Part shown: piece by piece, positions 1 through 9,564 of the stretch
Layout: the number at the start of each line of letters is the position of its first letter
How positions within the stretch are numbered: position 1 is the stretch's first letter
Source: a virus
Length of the DNA: 64,000 bases
Direction: 5' to 3' (one strand)
Virus record (IMG/VR): IMGVR_UViG_3300025133_000063
Location: 1 to 64,000 of that record
Translations under genes and position numbers: made by a program
The notes under the pieces: generated by a model
The model's input: the letters and a program-made list of their open reading frames with translations, nothing else
Database searches by the model: none
What the model was told of the DNA's origin: nothing

Positions 1-1
1 A

Positions 2-3000
2 GAAGGGGCAAACACTACAACAAGATTGGTAAAACCAGAAGTTGGAACCACACCGACGAGAGTGACTGACCCGCCGAAACTCCCACAGTTATTTCAATTT
101 GCCGTAAATGGTATAACAACACCCATAAAGTCTAGCGCTTTTGGAAGCGTTAAATTTATCCCGACAGTAGAGTCAGAGGAAGCAACAAACGCAGTAGAAG
201 ATCTGCTGATAAGCGGAACACCGGCTGAAGGTAATGTAAGCACGATCGCAAATGGCTCTTTGATGCTTGTAAAAGTAGAGAATAATGAGGTTCATCCAGC
301 ATATCATTCTACTGAAGCATCTGAGGTATTTTTAAACTACATACCAACAATAGAAAGATCAAGGTGTACACCTGAGCTTACAGTAAACGTGTTTACAAGA
401 GGCGTGTTCGATGGAATAACAACAACAGCCAGTAGTGCAACTCCCAGCGCTAATGGGGCCTCCGTCTTTAGCACATTCAACCCTCAGGAAAATAAGCAAT
501 CAACTCTCACGACGGCGCCAAACCTTATAGCTCTACGTTTTTTAAACGATTATAACACAGTAGGAGCAACTCAGAAAGATTCAGACGAAAATTCACTGCC
601 TTCGATGCCATATAAATCAGCAGACGGGTTAATGACGATGGCGTCAACTACTATGCATGAAAGCACATCAACGCCTCAATTGGACAGCGAAGGTGAACCC
701 GCAAGATATCAACCACCAGAGGGATCAGCTGAAGGAACTGAGGGAGGGCTTAAGGACAATATAGTAAAACCTGGTTATACTATGCAAAAAAATGGTATGG
801 AAATGTTCACAATGCCTCAATCGTTAATTTCTAAGAAAAAAGGAGTGAACATAGATCCATTTAGACCCTTTATGTCAATAAAGAGTGTAACTATAAATAC
901 ACAATCAGCAGGCCAAGGTCTGATTGCATGGAATACAGCAGAGCTTGTATTAGAAGTATACGATAGACACAGATTAAATGATATAGCCTTTTTACTAGAC
1001 CCAGGCAAGTATGGGTTTACAAAGTTCGAAATTTCAGCAGGATGGAGACATCAAGATCCGACTTCTCCTTATGGAAAATATTTAAATAGACTCAAGACAA
1101 AAGAAGTATATGCCCTAAAATCGAGCTCTTACAGCTTCAACGATGCAGGAGTCGTAACTGTGAACCTCAGCCTTGCAATGTCGGGTCAAAGAGAGATGTC
1201 AAACACTTCAATGTTTTCTTCTTCACCAGGTGGTGCCGGAATACGAGAGCTTCATGAATCGTTGATACAAGATTTGCAGACTGTTCGTGCAGGGACAACG
1301 GCTATAAACTCACGAAGGACTACGGGTAATCTTTTACCTACAAGTATAGTAACGCAAGCGGACTCAGATAGTGCTATGATTCTTGACAATAATGCACTTC
1401 AAAGAGTAAAAAATGCAAGAGGGCAAGGAGGCATGTCAGAAGAAGAGCAAGCGGAGTTCAACACCGCTTTAAGCAGTCTCACTTCTAGCAGATTCACAGA
1501 ATACTATACAATGCTTGATACATATGTTGGAAATTTTCTAGAGCAGTGTGGATTATCTGGGCAGAAAATAAATCTGGATTTTACAAGAGCAGGAGATGAG
1601 TACACGTACAGGTGGACAGTAGACGATACGTGGAAATACAAAGGCCCTGAAAACGATGATTTTGTTCCTATGACAGGAGGAATCGAAGACATCGAAGCTG
1701 AATTTAGAAGTCGAATCGACGAGCAAAGATCTACGATCGCATCAGGAAATGATATAACGTTTGACAAGCTTTTTATAAATGCAATAGTAAAAAGATTATT
1801 GTTAGGAGATACACCACCTGCTGACGAAATTCATGTGTTCATATACCAGTTTAACAGAAAATGCCCTGGTCTAGCTGACCAATATATTGGCAACTTTCGA
1901 ATAAACAATAATACTGTGCGTGAAAAATTAAAAAAATCAATAAGAGAGACACAAAATTTAACAGTCGCTACCTTTACTAGTGTTATACGTTCTGAGATGA
2001 AAGATAAGTTTAATACACAGTTCAGTATAGTAACTACAACACAATTAACTGAAATAGAAGGTTATAGAACACAAATTGATCAAGAAAGAGACACACTACG
2101 ACAAAAAACGGCAACTAGAGAAGACAAGACTACAAGACAGTCACAAGCTACAAGTGAAACAACGAGAGCATCACTTCAGACTGAAATCGATGCCCTAGAT
2201 ACCGAGATCGCCGCATTAGAAAGCAAAATTGCAGATCTTCAAGATAAAATTGATGACTTGGTTGAAGCCGGAGAAACGGAACAACAAAGAACATTAAGTA
2301 CAAGTAAAGTTGAAATGCCAGATTTAAAAATATTGGTACAATCAAAAAGATCTCAAGATGGAAAAAATATTTTGAGAATGCATGTATACGACGGAAAATC
2401 AAAACCAAATGAATTACAAACATTTTTGTCAAATCTAAACAATGGATTTTCTATCGATGCTAGAGATTTAAATCTAAGCAGAGGAGACACAGAAGAAGAA
2501 GTCATCACCAACAGAGATGCTCGTACTGCGTTAATAGAAAAACTTAAAGCAAAAGGCATTTTAATTAGTCGTGACACTATAGACGAATACGGAGTTCCAT
2601 CTCAAAAATATGTTGTAAATACACAATCACATAAGCTAAAACATACAATAAAGGATTCGATGCCGTCTATAACTTATGGCTTAGACGGAACGGCTATAAA
2701 TAAAATATCTATGAATATGCTTTCTGATGACAACATACAGGCTCACTTTTTATTGCAGACACAAAATGAAAACACTCCAAACACTAATAATTCACAAACA
2801 CCGGGAAGTCAGGAAGATGCACAAAAAATAATGCCAGCTAATCTCTCTATAGACCTAATGGGCTGCCCGTTATTAAGGTATGGACAAGAATATTTTGTTG
2901 ATTTTGACACAAACACAGACTTAGACAACGTGTACGCAATGACAAAAATAACTCATAAAATATCACCGGGAGTCTTCAAAACAACTGCACAACTAAAGCC

Positions 3001-3124
3001 AACGTTCAAGGGAAGCGTTTCATTCACAGGGTTAATAAGCGATGTACGTTTTTTAAACAGTCCTACGGGCGAAGAGACACCCGCCGCTACAGCAACAACA
3101 CCAACAACAGCAGCCGCTGAATAA
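2..3124 (+). CDS. Large probable tail/baseplate hub-like structural protein, 5'-truncated by the window edge
   Basis: The frame is open from position 2. The C-terminal 'LSIDLMGCPLLRYGQEYFVDF...YAMTKITHKISPGVFKTTAQL' resembles the terminal strands of gpD/gp27-type hub proteins. There is a central coiled coil. Confidence 0.5.
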   Translation, partial: EGANTTTRLVKPEVGTTPTRVTDPPKLPQLFQFAVNGITTPIKSSAFGSVKFIPTVESEEATNAVEDLLISGTPAEGNVSTIANGSLMLVKVENNEVHPAYHSTEASEVFLNYIPTIERSRCTPELTVNVFTRGVFDGITTTASSATPSANGASVFSTFNPQENKQSTLTTAPNLIALRFLNDYNTVGATQKDSDENSLPSMPYKSADGLMTMASTTMHESTSTPQLDSEGEPARYQPPEGSAEGTEGGLKDNIVKPGYTMQKNGMEMFTMPQSLISKKKGVNIDPFRPFMSIKSVTINTQSAGQGLIAWNTAELVLEVYDRHRLNDIAFLLDPGKYGFTKFEISAGWRHQDPTSPYGKYLNRLKTKEVYALKSSSYSFNDAGVVTVNLSLAMSGQREMSNTSMFSSSPGGAGIRELHESLIQDLQTVRAGTTAINSRRTTGNLLPTSIVTQADSDSAMILDNNALQRVKNARGQGGMSEEEQAEFNTALSSLTSSRFTEYYTMLDTYVGNFLEQCGLSGQKINLDFTRAGDEYTYRWTVDDTWKYKGPENDDFVPMTGGIEDIEAEFRSRIDEQRSTIASGNDITFDKLFINAIVKRLLLGDTPPADEIHVFIYQFNRKCPGLADQYIGNFRINNNTVREKLKKSIRETQNLTVATFTSVIRSEMKDKFNTQFSIVTTTQLTEIEGYRTQIDQERDTLRQKTATREDKTTRQSQATSETTRASLQTEIDALDTEIAALESKIADLQDKIDDLVEAGETEQQRTLSTSKVEMPDLKILVQSKRSQDGKNILRMHVYDGKSKPNELQTFLSNLNNGFSIDARDLNLSRGDTEEEVITNRDARTALIEKLKAKGILISRDTIDEYGVPSQKYVVNTQSHKLKHTIKDSMPSITYGLDGTAINKISMNMLSDDNIQAHFLLQTQNENTPNTNNSQTPGSQEDAQKIMPANLSIDLMGCPLLRYGQEYFVDFDTNTDLDNVYAMTKITHKISPGVFKTTAQLKPTFKGSVSFTGLISDVRFLNSPTGEETPAATATTPTTAAAE

Positions 3125-3152
3125 TGAACAATTTAAAACTCTTCGTTATAAT
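3125..3152 (+). promoter_or_regulatory. TGAA-N18-TATAAT promoter
   Basis: TGAAC at 3125 and TATAAT at 3147. The same spacing recurs at six other sites. Confidence 0.7.
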
Positions 3153-3157
3153 AAAAC

Positions 3158-4369
3158 GTGGAATTTGTAATATCAAAAAATATTCTTGGAACCAAAAAAG
3201 ACTTCATTATACAAGATGATACATTTACTGTAACTTCTGAGTACACTGATGAATGGGCTGTCGACGGCTGCAGTACATTAAAGAGTTTAGATGTGGTTTC
3301 CATCATAAACAAACGCAGTGCCCCTGTGATTACAAGCGAGATACACGCAAATGCATACTCCCAATTAGGCGTAAACAAAATCAACTGGGTTCATGCCTTA
3401 GGTTTAAATCATTTCAAAAGATTCGTAGATACGGCTCGTGAGTATGCAGAAAAGGAGCAAAGTTTTATAAAAGAAAACAACTACTATTCTGATGAATTCT
3501 TAACAGGTCGGTCAGTTCTCTTTGATCTAGAGGATTATTCAATAGACACGCTTGCACTAAGAAATCATATAAAAAACACAGATGTCAGAAATCTAAAACT
3601 TCTCAACGAGTTCAGAAGACAAGAAAAAATAAAATATACACAAACTGCAAGTGTAACAGGAAGACTATCTGTAAAATCAGGACCAAACATTCTTCATCTA
3701 AAGAGAGAGCACAGAGATATACTTAAATCAAAGCACGGATCAGACGGAGCAATAATACAGCTGGACTTTAAGTCACTAGAACCAAGAATCTTAGCACTCG
3801 TAAAACAGGACAATGTACCTGACGATCTTTACACTGATATATCTGATATGTGTAATAACAGCATAGATCGTGAGCTAGCAAAGAAAGCAACTCTTGCAAT
3901 CATATACGGAATGTCAAGAGGTAACTTAAACAATCTCATCAGGGTGAACAATTCAGACGAGATATTCAACCACATATCAGACTACTTTGGGATCAGAAAT
4001 CTACATGATGCACTTGTGAACTCTATTGATGACAACGGCGTCATTCAAAATTTATACGGGCGTAACATCTATACGAGTGCCAACAATGATCATCTTTTTG
4101 TAAACTACTTCACGCAGTCAACAGGAGTAGATGTCTCACTGTTAGGATTCAGACAAATAATCGACAACATAAAAAAAGAAGAACTAACAATAAGCCCGCT
4201 TTTCGTATTACACGATGCACTAATTCTTGATGTACATAAAAATAGTATAAAACAGTTGAAAAATATAACAAAAGATGGTATAATAATACCAGGGTTTAAA
4301 CAAAACAGATTTCCGCTCGATTTGAGCTTATTTTACAAAAGGACAAAAAATGACACAGCACCTACATGA
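3158..4369 (+). CDS. polA: Family A DNA polymerase, polymerase domain only
   Basis: TGRLS..PN, motif A 'LDFKSLEPRIL', motif B 'RELAKKATLAIIYG', 'NYFTQSTGVD', motif C 'LHDAL'. No intact exonuclease domains recognised. Confidence 0.85.
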   Translation: MEFVISKNILGTKKDFIIQDDTFTVTSEYTDEWAVDGCSTLKSLDVVSIINKRSAPVITSEIHANAYSQLGVNKINWVHALGLNHFKRFVDTAREYAEKEQSFIKENNYYSDEFLTGRSVLFDLEDYSIDTLALRNHIKNTDVRNLKLLNEFRRQEKIKYTQTASVTGRLSVKSGPNILHLKREHRDILKSKHGSDGAIIQLDFKSLEPRILALVKQDNVPDDLYTDISDMCNNSIDRELAKKATLAIIYGMSRGNLNNLIRVNNSDEIFNHISDYFGIRNLHDALVNSIDDNGVIQNLYGRNIYTSANNDHLFVNYFTQSTGVDVSLLGFRQIIDNIKKEELTISPLFVLHDALILDVHKNSIKQLKNITKDGIIIPGFKQNRFPLDLSLFYKRTKNDTAPT

Positions 4370-4952
4370 TATCGACACTCTTACAAGCAATTATGCACTC
4401 TTTTTAAAGATGTGCTCTAAGTTAGGAGATCGATCTGAATCAGTAACAACAATGGTAGAACATATGGGTGAGAGGCTTCTAATGGCCCCAGCTTCTACGA
4501 AATTATCTTTTCATTGTGCACACCCAGGCGGGCTCGTCGAACACTCACTGAATGTTCTGCGCAACTTAAAAAAATTAATACAAGTTTACGATGTAACAGT
4601 ACCTGCTGAATCGATGATTATATCGGCTCTATTTCATGACTGGGGAAAGGTCGGCGATCTAGAAGAAGCATATTACTTAGAGCAGGACAGCGATTGGCAT
4701 CGTGAAAAGCTCGGTCAAATGTACAAAGTAAATGAAGACATGCAGTCAATGCCAAACGCCGAACGTGGACTTTGGATGCTCCAACACTTTGGAGTACAGC
4801 TAACATTAGACGAGTGGATCGCTATACGCACAAATGACGGCCCTGGAGTAGACGAGAACAAGCCTTATTTCGGAAGAGAGCCAACACTAGCACTTTTATT
4901 ACAGCACGCTGATCAAATGGCAACAAAACAAGAAAAAGAGCGCTACTCGTAA
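4350..4952 (+). CDS. HD-domain phosphohydrolase (YhaM-like)
   Basis: 'APAS...H.A..GGLVEHSL', 'ALFHDWGK', 'LLQHAD'. Confidence 0.85.
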   Translation: MTQHLHDIDTLTSNYALFLKMCSKLGDRSESVTTMVEHMGERLLMAPASTKLSFHCAHPGGLVEHSLNVLRNLKKLIQVYDVTVPAESMIISALFHDWGKVGDLEEAYYLEQDSDWHREKLGQMYKVNEDMQSMPNAERGLWMLQHFGVQLTLDEWIAIRTNDGPGVDENKPYFGREPTLALLLQHADQMATKQEKERYS

Positions 4953-4963
4953 TATTTATATGT

Positions 4964-6331
4964 ATGAAGAAGAAATTAAATGAAAGAGGACTCCCGTCTG
5001 TAGGAGGAGTACCTCATACAGACACATCGGGTCAGCTTGGACAAGCACGCAGACCCTGGAGTCTAACAGGCGCCTCGGGCGGACATTCACAATCAGCAGA
5101 TAGCAATTTTTCATCTAGGCTTAGTCGTGTCAATAAAGGGCGCGATGACGACAAGTATGCATATCGCGATATGTTTCCAGAGAACGAAGAAGAAGAAACA
5201 GAAGAAGATACGTATGATAAATCAATACGAGCGAAGATTTCAATTGATCTTAGAGGTAGAAAACCAATGCCAGAAAGAAAACTAACAGATGACATAGACA
5301 CGTTAATTGAAAACAACGAAGAGTTTCAAGCTATGCTTGAAGATGACCGACGTGGTATGTGGGGAAATGCTTTGAAGTCTTTAAAGACAGGAGCCCTCGC
5401 AATAGGAAGAGATTTATTAGTGTCATTTATGGCCGCAATACCAATAGCTGGATTAACAGCTTCAGTTTCAAGTATGGTATTGGCTGTTAGAAATATGTCA
5501 AAAAAAGGTGAAGAATCAGTTCATTGGATAACAAGATATAATACAGATAGACTTTCTATAACGGGACCTGAGATAGATGAGATGAACGACGCAGTCGACA
5601 ACATCGTAAACGAGATAGTTCATTTTACTACTGCGGGAATAACACTTTTACCAGACGGAGAGACGCCTGTAGGAGAAGTAGCAGGATTCTTCGGCTCAGT
5701 AGTAAAACGTATACACGGTTTTTCATCTGTTTTTACTAAAGGAAGTTTAGTCGGTAGAGGGATTAGAAGAAAGATATTAATAGAGGCACTAGAGCTTATA
5801 GGCGATGATAAGTTTGATACATTTAATTCTGCTCTACCTGACGGAGGAATTAATATTGACAGTGCTGTTACATCAATAAACATTGCGGAATCACTATTAG
5901 ACATTGTAGAAAATTTTGAAATAGTTTATTCAAGAGCAAATTCAGAGCTTAATCAAGATTATAATATGTTAAGTCGTGAACAAAAAGAGCAATTGTGGAT
6001 AACACTAGAGTCAGGAGAGGCTGTAAATCAACAATTTGATAGCGAAGTATCTCATGAACAGTCAGACATACCTGTCTCAGAGTCTAAAATACGCGCTTTA
6101 GTTGTTCAGATTCTCAACGAAGAATCAAATCCTCATGACTGTGATGAAGACCATCCTGGGAAGACTTGTGCCGAATGGGAAGAAGACAAACCAGATTTTG
6201 AAGAACACTCAATAGGTGGTTACACGGGTCCCATGGCTTCTCCAGCTAACCCAAAGAAATTTTATAAAGGAATGCTTGATGCATATCCTGGATCACATTA
6301 TGTCGACGACATGCCAAAGTCGAAGGCATAA
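4964..6331 (+). CDS. Hypothetical protein, possibly virion-associated
   Basis: 455-aa ORF preceded by ATATTTA. It has hydrophobic helical segments and an internal 'ESKIRALVVQILNEE' tag-like motif. Confidence 0.55.
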   Translation: MKKKLNERGLPSVGGVPHTDTSGQLGQARRPWSLTGASGGHSQSADSNFSSRLSRVNKGRDDDKYAYRDMFPENEEEETEEDTYDKSIRAKISIDLRGRKPMPERKLTDDIDTLIENNEEFQAMLEDDRRGMWGNALKSLKTGALAIGRDLLVSFMAAIPIAGLTASVSSMVLAVRNMSKKGEESVHWITRYNTDRLSITGPEIDEMNDAVDNIVNEIVHFTTAGITLLPDGETPVGEVAGFFGSVVKRIHGFSSVFTKGSLVGRGIRRKILIEALELIGDDKFDTFNSALPDGGINIDSAVTSINIAESLLDIVENFEIVYSRANSELNQDYNMLSREQKEQLWITLESGEAVNQQFDSEVSHEQSDIPVSESKIRALVVQILNEESNPHDCDEDHPGKTCAEWEEDKPDFEEHSIGGYTGPMASPANPKKFYKGMLDAYPGSHYVDDMPKSKA

Positions 6332-6349
6332 AAATAGTTGAAAAACTAT

Positions 6350-6380
6350 TGAACAACACAAAATATCACGTTATTATAAT
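6350..6380 (+). promoter_or_regulatory. TGAA-N18-TATTAT promoter of the SSB gene
   Basis: TGAAC at 6350 and TATTAT at 6372 (TATAAT at 6375). A GGAG RBS precedes 6466. Confidence 0.6.
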
Positions 6381-6465
6381 AAGGTGATTTGGCACAAACT
6401 AAACAATTAAACAATTAAAAAATCACATTTTTAAAAACTAAATATTACATAAGGAGTAATAAAAA

Positions 6466-7257
6466 ATGGCTATTGACTTAGACGCTATTAGAGCAAAACT
6501 TAATCAACTATCTGGTAAGAACAGACGAAGCAACGTAATGTGGCGCCCAACCGAGGGTGAAACAGCAACAATTAGGCTTCTTTCGTTTCCAGACAACGAT
6601 GGACAACCGTGGAAGGACATGTACTTCTACTACAACATCGGAAACAACCCAGGACTATTGGCACCATACCAATATGATCAACCTGATCCCGTTCAAGAGC
6701 TTATTACTAAGCTACGTGACGACAGCAGCAAGGAGTCTTATGAATTGGCTAAGAAGCTATATCCTAAGATGAGAACATTCGCTCCTGTTGTTGTTCGAGG
6801 AGAAGAAGACAAGGGTGTCCGCCTTTGGTCTTTCGGCAAGATGGTATACCAAGATCTTCTCAATCTTATGCTTGATGAAGACTATGGTGACATTACAGAC
6901 CCAGAAAATGGTCGTGACATCCGTGTTGTTTGCGAAAAGCCACCAGGACGTCAGTTTGCAACAACGTCTGTTACACCGCGCGGTTCAGTAACTGCTCTTA
7001 CAACAGACACTGACCAGCTTACCAGCTGGACAGAAAACATTCCATCTCCAACTGATCTTTATGAGTTAAAAACTTATGATGCTCTTGAGAAGATAGTAAA
7101 TGACTGGCTGAATGGTGACGACACTGAGAGCACTGGTACCGAAAGAGGTAGAACTACGACTACAACATCTGATACATCTACTACAGAGACAACTACTGCT
7201 GCAACTACAACAACTAAGTCACTAGACGATGCATTCGCGGATCTAGAAGATCTATAG
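6466..7257 (+). CDS. Single-stranded DNA-binding protein, T4 gp32-like
   Basis: 'W.P..G...IRLL', 'VVRGEEDKGVRLW.FGK.VY', 'DITDP..GRD'. It has a Thr-rich linker and acidic tail 'DDAFADLEDL', and lies next to recA. Confidence 0.8.
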   Translation: MAIDLDAIRAKLNQLSGKNRRSNVMWRPTEGETATIRLLSFPDNDGQPWKDMYFYYNIGNNPGLLAPYQYDQPDPVQELITKLRDDSSKESYELAKKLYPKMRTFAPVVVRGEEDKGVRLWSFGKMVYQDLLNLMLDEDYGDITDPENGRDIRVVCEKPPGRQFATTSVTPRGSVTALTTDTDQLTSWTENIPSPTDLYELKTYDALEKIVNDWLNGDDTESTGTERGRTTTTTSDTSTTETTTAATTTTKSLDDAFADLEDL

Positions 7258-7277
7258 AATCTAGTTGTATATAATCT

Positions 7278-7314
7278 AATGGACGGTAACTTGAGAATAG
7301 TTACCGTCCATTTT
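7278..7314 (+). terminator. Intrinsic terminator
   Basis: Perfect 14-bp inverted repeat AATGGACGGTAACT / AGTTACCGTCCATT with a 7-nt loop, followed by T residues, just after the SSB stop. Confidence 0.85.
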
Positions 7315-7323
7315 AGTATTCTA

Positions 7324-7351
7324 TGAACAAGATCAAAAAATAAGGTAGTAT
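7324..7351 (+). promoter_or_regulatory. TGAA-N18-TAGTAT promoter of the recA operon
   Basis: TGAAC at 7324 and TAGTAT at 7346. Confidence 0.6.
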
Positions 7352-7374
7352 AAAAATACTCATAGAGGAATAAT

Positions 7375-8589
7375 ATGGCTAGAAAGAAGAAAGTAAAAGA
7401 GACTGAAACCAAAGTAGATTTAGACGATTTCGCAAGTGATCTAATTAAATCATTGAATAAAGAGCAAGGCAGTAGAGTAGCTTATAATTTAAGCGCCGAT
7501 GACTCACCTACACATGTAAAACGCTGGATTTCAACAGGATCAAGGCTTCTTGATTACATTTGCTCTAACAGGCGAAACGGCGGTCTCCCAGAGGGAAGAA
7601 TAATAGAGATGTTCGGTCCTCCTTCAATTGGTAAAAGTCATATCGCAACTCAGATTGCAGCATCAACTCAAAGAATGGGTGGAATAGTTGTTTATATCGA
7701 CACAGAGAATGCTACAAGTCCTGAAAACCTTGCCAATCTAGGCGTTGATGTTTCATCAAGATTCGTTTATGTTGACGAACACTGTACAGAAAACGTCTTT
7801 GCAATTGCAGAGTCAACTATTCTTAAAGCAAAGGCCATGAATAAAGATGTTCCAATTACTATTATTTGGGACAGTGTAGCTGCTACATCACCAAAAGCAG
7901 AGCTTGACGGTGATTATGATCAAAACAGTATTGCCCTAAACGCTAGAACTATCTCAAAAGGCATGCGTAAGATCACAGGAATCATAGGTCAGACAAATAC
8001 ATTGATGGTCTGTCTAAATCAGATCAGGGTAAACGTAGGCGTTATGTACGGAGACAATACAACTACGCCAGGGGGAAAAGCTATACCTTTCCACGCATCA
8101 ACACGCATTAAGCTCGGAGCCGGACAACAGATAAAGAATGGAGAAGATGTAATTGGTATCAACGTTTCGGCAAAAACAATAAAAAACAAGGTAGCAGCAC
8201 CTTTCAGAACAGTAAAATTCCAGATTCATTTCGGCAAAGGAATAGTTGAACACGAAGAAATGTTTGACATTCTCAGAAAGCATGGTGAAGAAGTAATAAA
8301 CGGAAATGTAATCTCACTATCAGGTACTGGAGCTTGGAAAGTATTAAATGTTACAAACGAAAAAACGGGCGAAGTAGTAATTGAAAAGAAATTCTATAAA
8401 GCAGATTTTGATAAAATTATAGCAGATCCACAGTATACTGAGTATATTGATGACTTACTAGAAAAGACAATGGTAAAAGTAATGGGAAACTCAGACAATA
8501 TGGATATAGATGCTGAGTCATACGAGGAGATGAAAGCTGTCGCACTAGAAATAGAAGATACATCTGACGGATATGATGAACTTATATGA
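7375..8589 (+). CDS. recA: RecA/UvsX recombinase
   Basis: 'ISTGS..LD', 'GGLPEGRIIEMFGPPSIGKS', 'YIDTE', 'WDSVAA', 'NQIR', 'TTPGGKA'. Confidence 0.95.
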   Translation: MARKKKVKETETKVDLDDFASDLIKSLNKEQGSRVAYNLSADDSPTHVKRWISTGSRLLDYICSNRRNGGLPEGRIIEMFGPPSIGKSHIATQIAASTQRMGGIVVYIDTENATSPENLANLGVDVSSRFVYVDEHCTENVFAIAESTILKAKAMNKDVPITIIWDSVAATSPKAELDGDYDQNSIALNARTISKGMRKITGIIGQTNTLMVCLNQIRVNVGVMYGDNTTTPGGKAIPFHASTRIKLGAGQQIKNGEDVIGINVSAKTIKNKVAAPFRTVKFQIHFGKGIVEHEEMFDILRKHGEEVINGNVISLSGTGAWKVLNVTNEKTGEVVIEKKFYKADFDKIIADPQYTEYIDDLLEKTMVKVMGNSDNMDIDAESYEEMKAVALEIEDTSDGYDELI

Positions 8590-9554
8590 AAAAGAAAAAT
8601 CAGCCAATATTAATAATTGATTTTCTTAATATATTCACACGTCATTTTACGATAAATCCAACCCTTAATAAAGACGGCATTCCTGTCGGCGGAGTTGTTG
8701 GGTTTTTAAATAATTTCAAATATATTCTGGAAGAAATTTATCCAAAAAAGGTTGTAATCGTATTCGAATCAGGAGGCTCTCCGAGAAGAAGATCGCTATT
8801 CAAAGATTATAAGTCCAATAGAAAGCCAATAAAATTAAATAGAACGTACGACGAGAATGCAACAAGCACCGATGAAGTAGAAAACAGAATGTATCAGATC
8901 AATTTATTGATGGAGATGTTAAGAAGACTTCCAGTGACTCAAATGTACGTTAAAGACTGTGAAGCAGATGATGTAATAGGTTATCTAACGAAATATAAGT
9001 TCCCGGAAGATGATTGCGTAATACTGTCTTCAGATAAAGACTTTTATCAACTTCTAGATGAAAAGACAACAATTTATTCACCTACTTCAAAAAAGTTTAT
9101 AAAAAGCGAAGATGTATTTGAAAGATTCGGAATACACCCTATCAACTTCTGTCTAGCTCGAACACTCCAGGGCGACCCTGCAGACAATATTGATGGCGTT
9201 AAAGGAGCTGGATTCAAAACAATAGTGAAAAGGTTTCCAAAGTTTTCACATGACAGCGAAATAGATATTGATATGGTCTTAGCAGTTAGCAAACAGCAAT
9301 CTGAAATAAGCAAACTAAAAATATACAAAGAAATAAACGAAAATCACGTAAAGATTCGTCGTAACTGGAAGCTAATGTATCTTGATACGCAAAATTTATC
9401 TGCAGATCAAATTAAAAAAATAAACTATGCTATTGATACATTTGAACCAAAAAAAGATAAAATAGGAATGTTCAGGTTATTAGTCAAACAAGGTCTTAAC
9501 AGATTCGATATCGAAAGACTTTTCTTTGTTATTGACTTCACACTAAAGAATTAA
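8586..9554 (+). CDS. 5'-3' exonuclease / flap endonuclease (PolI N-terminal or T4 RNase H-like)
   Basis: 'IIDFLN', 'YKSNR', 'EADDVIG', 'SSDKDFYQ', 'GDPADNIDGVKGAG'. Confidence 0.9.
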   Translation: MKKKNQPILIIDFLNIFTRHFTINPTLNKDGIPVGGVVGFLNNFKYILEEIYPKKVVIVFESGGSPRRRSLFKDYKSNRKPIKLNRTYDENATSTDEVENRMYQINLLMEMLRRLPVTQMYVKDCEADDVIGYLTKYKFPEDDCVILSSDKDFYQLLDEKTTIYSPTSKKFIKSEDVFERFGIHPINFCLARTLQGDPADNIDGVKGAGFKTIVKRFPKFSHDSEIDIDMVLAVSKQQSEISKLKIYKEINENHVKIRRNWKLMYLDTQNLSADQIKKINYAIDTFEPKKDKIGMFRLLVKQGLNRFDIERLFFVIDFTLKN

Positions 9555-9564
9555 ATTATTCACA

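Noticed and set aside
6333-6350. AATAGTT-GAAA-AACTATT hairpin as a terminator
   Set aside because: The stem is almost all A/T with no U-tract, and it abuts the promoter. Too weak to call.
7130-7220. ACT/ACA-rich low-complexity tract
   Set aside because: It encodes the Thr-rich flexible linker of the SSB and is not a separate repeat element. The D/T tract near 33490-33545 is the same kind of feature.
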